Shown here piece after piece: positions 60,356-64,000 of a stretch of 64,000 nt of DNA. Made by a program: the position numbers and the translations under genes. The notes under the pieces were generated by a model. The model worked only from the letters and a program-made list of their open reading frames with translations, was not told where the DNA came from and searched no databases. Positions within the stretch are counted from its first letter, which is position 1. Every line of letters begins with the position of its first letter. Source of the DNA: Clostridia bacterium (GTDB lineage Bacteria; Bacillota; Clostridia; CAKSNL01; HGM11501); assembly GCA_045545475.1 (NCBI GenBank), contig JAZQAZ010000023.1, positions 72,387 to 136,386 on the forward strand, written 5' to 3'.

Positions 60356-60378
60356 GCGTGCAGGCAAAGCCTGCACGC
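60356..60378 (-). terminator. Hairpin after the capsid gene
   Basis: GCGTGCAGGC-aaa-GCCTGCACGC, no U-tract on the minus strand. Confidence 0.5.
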
Positions 60379-60397
60379 CTTTAATTTTTTAATTTAA

Positions 60398-61366
60398 TCA
60401 GTTTTCTTCATCATTAAAGCTTGATGCAGTTTCAACTCTTACCATATAGGGTTCAACAAGAATTTCCGCAGTATGATATGCCTTCCAACCAACAGTTGAA
60501 CGCTGATTCAAGGGGTCTCCGGTACCTGCAGAGCCCAATGCTTTAACTATAGTTGTAAGACCTCCGCCTTCAATATTGGTAATACCGTAGGCATCCTTTC
60601 CGAAAATGAGAGTAGCATACACACTTAACTCCCCTTCCTTCCAGATTTTTGCCTCCGTGGACTCAATCACCTTTACTCCTGCAATCTCGCCGATTTCGCC
60701 AAAATAAATTTTATTTACATTGGCACTCGTATACTTCTGTGCATCAATCCAATCTGGATCTGCCATAAGATCATATGCAACAGAAGGATGCATAATCGCA
60801 ATATAATACCCGTTGATTTTAGGCGTATTATTCATTTTGAGTGTACGAACCGCTCTTTTTAATACGTCTACAGTCATCTTATGTTCCTGAGTAATGCTTT
60901 CTCTTGCTTCAATGCTTCCGTCTGCATACTGAACGTTGGTTCCTGAAACCAATATATCTCTTTCCACAGTATCTATTGTCTGTGCAGCCTGATCGGAAAT
61001 AAGTCCGAGAGTTTCCGTAATTACAGGGTCAACTCCCGTAACATCAAGATTATCAGAAATTGTAACATAGCCTCCGTACTGGTGAATTGTCGCCGTAATT
61101 GTTGATACATCAAGATTCTGACCGTCGGGAGTTACGCCCTCTGTAAGGGGTGTTGTTGCCTTTCCGAGAGGAGTGAACTTACGGAACTCAATCTGATTAC
61201 CGCCATTTTTAGGAATATCTCTTTTCTGGCCGAACTGACCGTGTATAAGATTGGGTGTTGCCATATGTATAAGTGTTCTGTCGTAAAAAGTTTTGTCCTC
61301 AGACTTTAAATTGCCTGACATTGTATTGGTGTTAAGATTAAATGCTTTTAATGTTTCTGTACTCAT
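60398..61366 (-). CDS. Major capsid protein, N4-gp56 family
   Basis: FGQKRDIPKN.G..IEFRK, PLTEGVTP.G, GEIG...GV, DPLNQRSTVGWK. Confidence 0.9.
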   Translation of the reverse strand: MSTETLKAFNLNTNTMSGNLKSEDKTFYDRTLIHMATPNLIHGQFGQKRDIPKNGGNQIEFRKFTPLGKATTPLTEGVTPDGQNLDVSTITATIHQYGGYVTISDNLDVTGVDPVITETLGLISDQAAQTIDTVERDILVSGTNVQYADGSIEARESITQEHKMTVDVLKRAVRTLKMNNTPKINGYYIAIMHPSVAYDLMADPDWIDAQKYTSANVNKIYFGEIGEIAGVKVIESTEAKIWKEGELSVYATLIFGKDAYGITNIEGGGLTTIVKALGSAGTGDPLNQRSTVGWKAYHTAEILVEPYMVRVETASSFNDEEN

Positions 61367-61412
61367 AAAATACCTCCGTTAATTAATTTTTTCTGTTCAT
61401 TAAAATCTGTTT

Positions 61413-62099
61413 TTATGCCCCGAAAGTAATTTTTTCGCCTCTGCGAACTCTTTCGAGAATTTCTTCTATCTCGTCTCCGGTCAATGACTCCACGCTTTTT
61501 TTAGTCTTGACAGAAGCCGACCTTTCATTTCCTGCTTCTTTTATTCTTCCGTTTCCGGACCTGATGTTTTCCAGCGTTGCTTTTGATGCCTTATCGGAAA
61601 TCGACTTCGAAAGCTCATCAAAATGCATAGCTCTGTATAAAGAAGTCATAGGAATTCCGGATTTCAATCCTGCACGGAACTCAGAATTATTAAATTCCTT
61701 CTTAAAATCAAATGAAGGATATTTTTTCTTTGTTTCCTTTGCTTCTGAAAGCCATTTATCATATTGTTTTTTTATCAAAGCAGCATCGCCCTTGCTACTT
61801 TTCTCCTTCTTTTTCAACTCATCAAGAATACGCTTAACCAAAGAAACCGTATCCTTTTCGTTATAATGCTCCATCAATGGTCTAAGTGCTTCTTTAAGTG
61901 CTATAAGCTCTTCTTCGGTTTCCTTCATTCCCTTGTACCTTCTTCCGAACTCTCTGTTAAACCTGTCCTGAAACTGTTCTTTATAATCATTCTTTATAAG
62001 CTTGGAAAAGGCATCGTCTCTCTCTTCCTTACTCATATTACCGGCAAGTGCCTTATTTCTTTCCGGGGTTAACTTTTCTGCCCCTTTATAATTTTTCAT
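61413..62099 (-). CDS. Putative capsid scaffolding protein
   Basis: Charged helical protein directly upstream of MCP, ending RRGEKITF. Confidence 0.65.
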   Translation of the reverse strand: MKNYKGAEKLTPERNKALAGNMSKEERDDAFSKLIKNDYKEQFQDRFNREFGRRYKGMKETEEELIALKEALRPLMEHYNEKDTVSLVKRILDELKKKEKSSKGDAALIKKQYDKWLSEAKETKKKYPSFDFKKEFNNSEFRAGLKSGIPMTSLYRAMHFDELSKSISDKASKATLENIRSGNGRIKEAGNERSASVKTKKSVESLTGDEIEEILERVRRGEKITFGA

Positions 62100-62233
62100 G
62101 AAAAATCCTCCTTATCCGTAAAAATATACTTAAAAATCCTGCATTTCATTATTCTGTAATCGCATAAAACAGACCGGATGATTATTCATCCTTTGAAACC
62201 TCTATCAAATCAAACGCATCACCCCTTTCAAAT

Positions 62234-62827
62234 TCATACAATTTTAGACTGATATCTTTTTATAACAGTCTTTATATACTCAGCTTTCGGCCGTGCCTTC
62301 CCCGATAAAAACAATTCCCAGTTATTTATGTTGGAAAGGGTTATAACCCCATCGTCAAACATTTTAGTAACTACATTGTCACAGGAAACCTTCTTAATTT
62401 CATTAAAAGGAAAGTTTTTTCCCGGACAAAGGGTGGTGCCGTAATCCGAGTGCTTGGCTATTTCCAGCTTTCTTCCGTAACATTCCTGAATGTGACCGAT
62501 AAGAAGCTTTCCGGATTCTATCTGTGCTTTTTCCATAACATCTTTTTCGAAATTACCTTCGAAACACACCCCTACACTGTCTATATTATTTCCTTCAGCG
62601 TGAGCTCCCATTTTTTCTATGGGACGCCCTCTGTAAATACTTCCGTCTTTCCTTATATAAAAGTGATAGCCTATTCCGCTCCATCCGTTTTTCAGATGAG
62701 TATTATGTAAGCTTAAAACATCTCCGGCTCCTGCTCTGTGATGTATTATAATTTTCCGTGTCAGGGGTCTTGTCAAAAGATTTCCGGACCAGTTGAAATC
62801 CGTATCATAAATCTTCATATCCTTCAC
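62234..62827 (-). CDS. N-acetylmuramoyl-L-alanine amidase (Amidase_2) endolysin
   Basis: IIIHH, GWSGIGYHFYIRKDG, GAHA, GVCFEGNF, H.D...T.CPG. Confidence 0.92.
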   Translation of the reverse strand: MKDMKIYDTDFNWSGNLLTRPLTRKIIIHHRAGAGDVLSLHNTHLKNGWSGIGYHFYIRKDGSIYRGRPIEKMGAHAEGNNIDSVGVCFEGNFEKDVMEKAQIESGKLLIGHIQECYGRKLEIAKHSDYGTTLCPGKNFPFNEIKKVSCDNVVTKMFDDGVITLSNINNWELFLSGKARPKAEYIKTVIKRYQSKIV

Positions 62828-63263
62828 TCCTCTCTACTGACTTCAATTTTGCAACCTCTAGCCCCTTAATGAAAAATTCAGGAACCTCAACTTCCATCAA
62901 CACCAGGTTCTCGAGTATGCTCCTCACTTCATTTATAATAAATGTAGCCAGGGTAAACCACCCGAAAAGCTCAGTAAAGCCAAGATCTGCCCCAATCAGT
63001 ACACCTATTTTTGTGAAACACACCGCCACAAAAAACGCAAGCATAATGCACACCCAATATCCTAGTTTTTTTACGATTCCTTTTACTCCTTTGCAGGAAT
63101 TTTCAACGCCGAAAAACCTTGCCTTCAATATGCCTGTAACATAATCTGTCACATTAAGCACCAAAAAGGCACAGAATAAATACCAAAACTGCCCAAATAT
63201 TCCCGAAAGCAGTGCAACAATGGCTCCGCCTATCAGATTAACCTTATGTAATATTTTTTCCAT
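62805..63263 (-). CDS. Phage holin family protein (toxin secretion/phage lysis holin)
   Basis: DYVTG, KGIVKK, NEVRSILENL, VPEF; start 63263. Confidence 0.9.
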   Translation of the reverse strand: MEKILHKVNLIGGAIVALLSGIFGQFWYLFCAFLVLNVTDYVTGILKARFFGVENSCKGVKGIVKKLGYWVCIMLAFFVAVCFTKIGVLIGADLGFTELFGWFTLATFIINEVRSILENLVLMEVEVPEFFIKGLEVAKLKSVERSEGYEDL

Positions 63264-63403
63264 AACATCACCTCGCATCTTTATTCAAACACTTATACCA
63301 TCGCCCGGCTCCGCCCCCGCTGTTCTCGTTCGCCTTCTCAGGCTCTCTCCCTCGCTCAAGGCTCCGCCTATCAGATTAACCTTATGTAATATTTTTTCCA
63401 TAA
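63222..63403. repeat. 138-bp-period duplication of the holin 5' end around the same mini-element
   Basis: 63222..63265 = 63360..63403; spacer contains GGCTCCGCCCCCGCTGTTCTCGT..CTCCCTCGCTCAA. Confidence 0.9.
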
Positions 63404-63430
63404 AAAATTCTCCTTCAAATAAATGTGAAA

Positions 63431-64000
63431 TTAATTACTCATTTCCAATTTCTTAAGCTTCTCGTCAATATCCCGAAGCACCTCGTCAATCACCTTAGCC
63501 AGTTCCGCCCTTGTTATCGGGCTATCTGGCTTAAACGTCCCGTCGGGATAGCCTTCCATCAATCCTGCGAAGTATACGTTCCTTATGCATTTCTCCGCCC
63601 AATGTCCATCCGTATCAGAAAAGGGCAACTTCACTTTGTCCGCAAGTACAAGATACGTATCATCCAGACTCTTTGTAGTAATGGGAATCCTGTGATAGCC
63701 TCCGTCGCAGTATTCCTTTCCGTATGAATTTTGCAATATAAAGTTTTCTTCATCCCATCCCACAATTAATTCACAATGCCGTGTGGAAGTATTTCTCACC
63801 GTCACAAGAGGAAGGTTAAACTGATATAACGCCTTCTTAACATCCGATACGAAATTGGAATTCTGCCTCATCTTGTAAAAGCTTCCCACCTTAAAAGCCA
63901 TAGCATGGGGAAACCTTTGGGCGTAGTCCTTCGCCTTCTCTATTGCTTCGGGCACTTCTAAATTTTCGGGAGCAATCGTGCGAAAGCTTGTCCCAATCTC
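63431..64000 (-). CDS. Papain-like (C1) peptidase + SLH domain protein, 5'-partial
   Basis: HCELIVGW..QNSYG (catalytic His/Asn), FSDTDGHWA..GYPDGTFKPDSPITRAE; frame open to the window end. Confidence 0.75.
   Translation of the reverse strand, partial: EIGTSFRTIAPENLEVPEAIEKAKDYAQRFPHAMAFKVGSFYKMRQNSNFVSDVKKALYQFNLPLVTVRNTSTRHCELIVGWDEENFILQNSYGKEYCDGGYHRIPITTKSLDDTYLVLADKVKLPFSDTDGHWAEKCIRNVYFAGLMEGYPDGTFKPDSPITRAELAKVIDEVLRDIDEKLKKLEMSN

Larger units (their letters stand above)
50631..64000 (-). mobile_element. Phage-derived head/lysis module carrying polymorphic toxin cassettes
   Basis: Co-oriented holin, amidase, scaffold, MCP, TerL, portal, internal protein and toxin; no integrase, replication or tail genes inside the window. 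Confidence 0.75.

Noticed and set aside
62150-62230. Small gene remnant between amidase and scaffold
   Set aside because: An RBS-like sequence is present, but the frames stop within 10 codons; unsupported.
50631-64000. Complete intact prophage call
   Set aside because: No integrase, att site, replication, TerS or tail genes are visible; the right end is outside the window, so this remains undecided.
1-64000. tRNA, rRNA, riboswitch or T-box
   Set aside because: None recognised by eye, including upstream of gatC and the metal permease; a covariance-model search would be needed to exclude them.

Overview
64 kb of a low-GC Firmicutes chromosome, Clostridia-like by inference from the SigH-type promoters, copper-amine-oxidase-N and SLH surface proteins and class III FBPase. 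Bases 1-20 kb hold metabolic and transport genes: a QueG-like Fe-S pair, glycoside hydrolases, fbp, potABC and a sialidase/aldolase/AraC set. Bases 20-33 kb are a core minus-strand block: pyrH-frr-uppS-cdsA-dxr-rseP-nusB-xseAB-ispA-dgt-dnaG-sigA-trmK. Bases 33-51 kb interleave housekeeping genes (fba, gatCAB, a sugar ABC transporter) with islands of orphan immunity-like genes and toxin-tail remnants, delimited by a 27-bp palindrome (GACAAAAAAGGTACGTCCCCTTTTGTC). Bases 50.6-64 kb are a podovirus-like head/lysis module (SLH-peptidase, holin, amidase, scaffold, N4-gp56-type capsid, TerL, portal, putative internal virion protein). It ends in a 1015-aa polymorphic toxin with its immunity gene and a second, swappable toxin-CT/immunity cassette. 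The best candidate for an undescribed system is a capsid-associated polymorphic toxin system. Its conserved toxin junction (LDSIGESGIM) encodes consensus sigma-A promoter hexamers pointing at the immunity gene, and it is accompanied by repeat-delimited immunity cassette arrays. All family assignments come from motif recognition by eye; no database searches were run.
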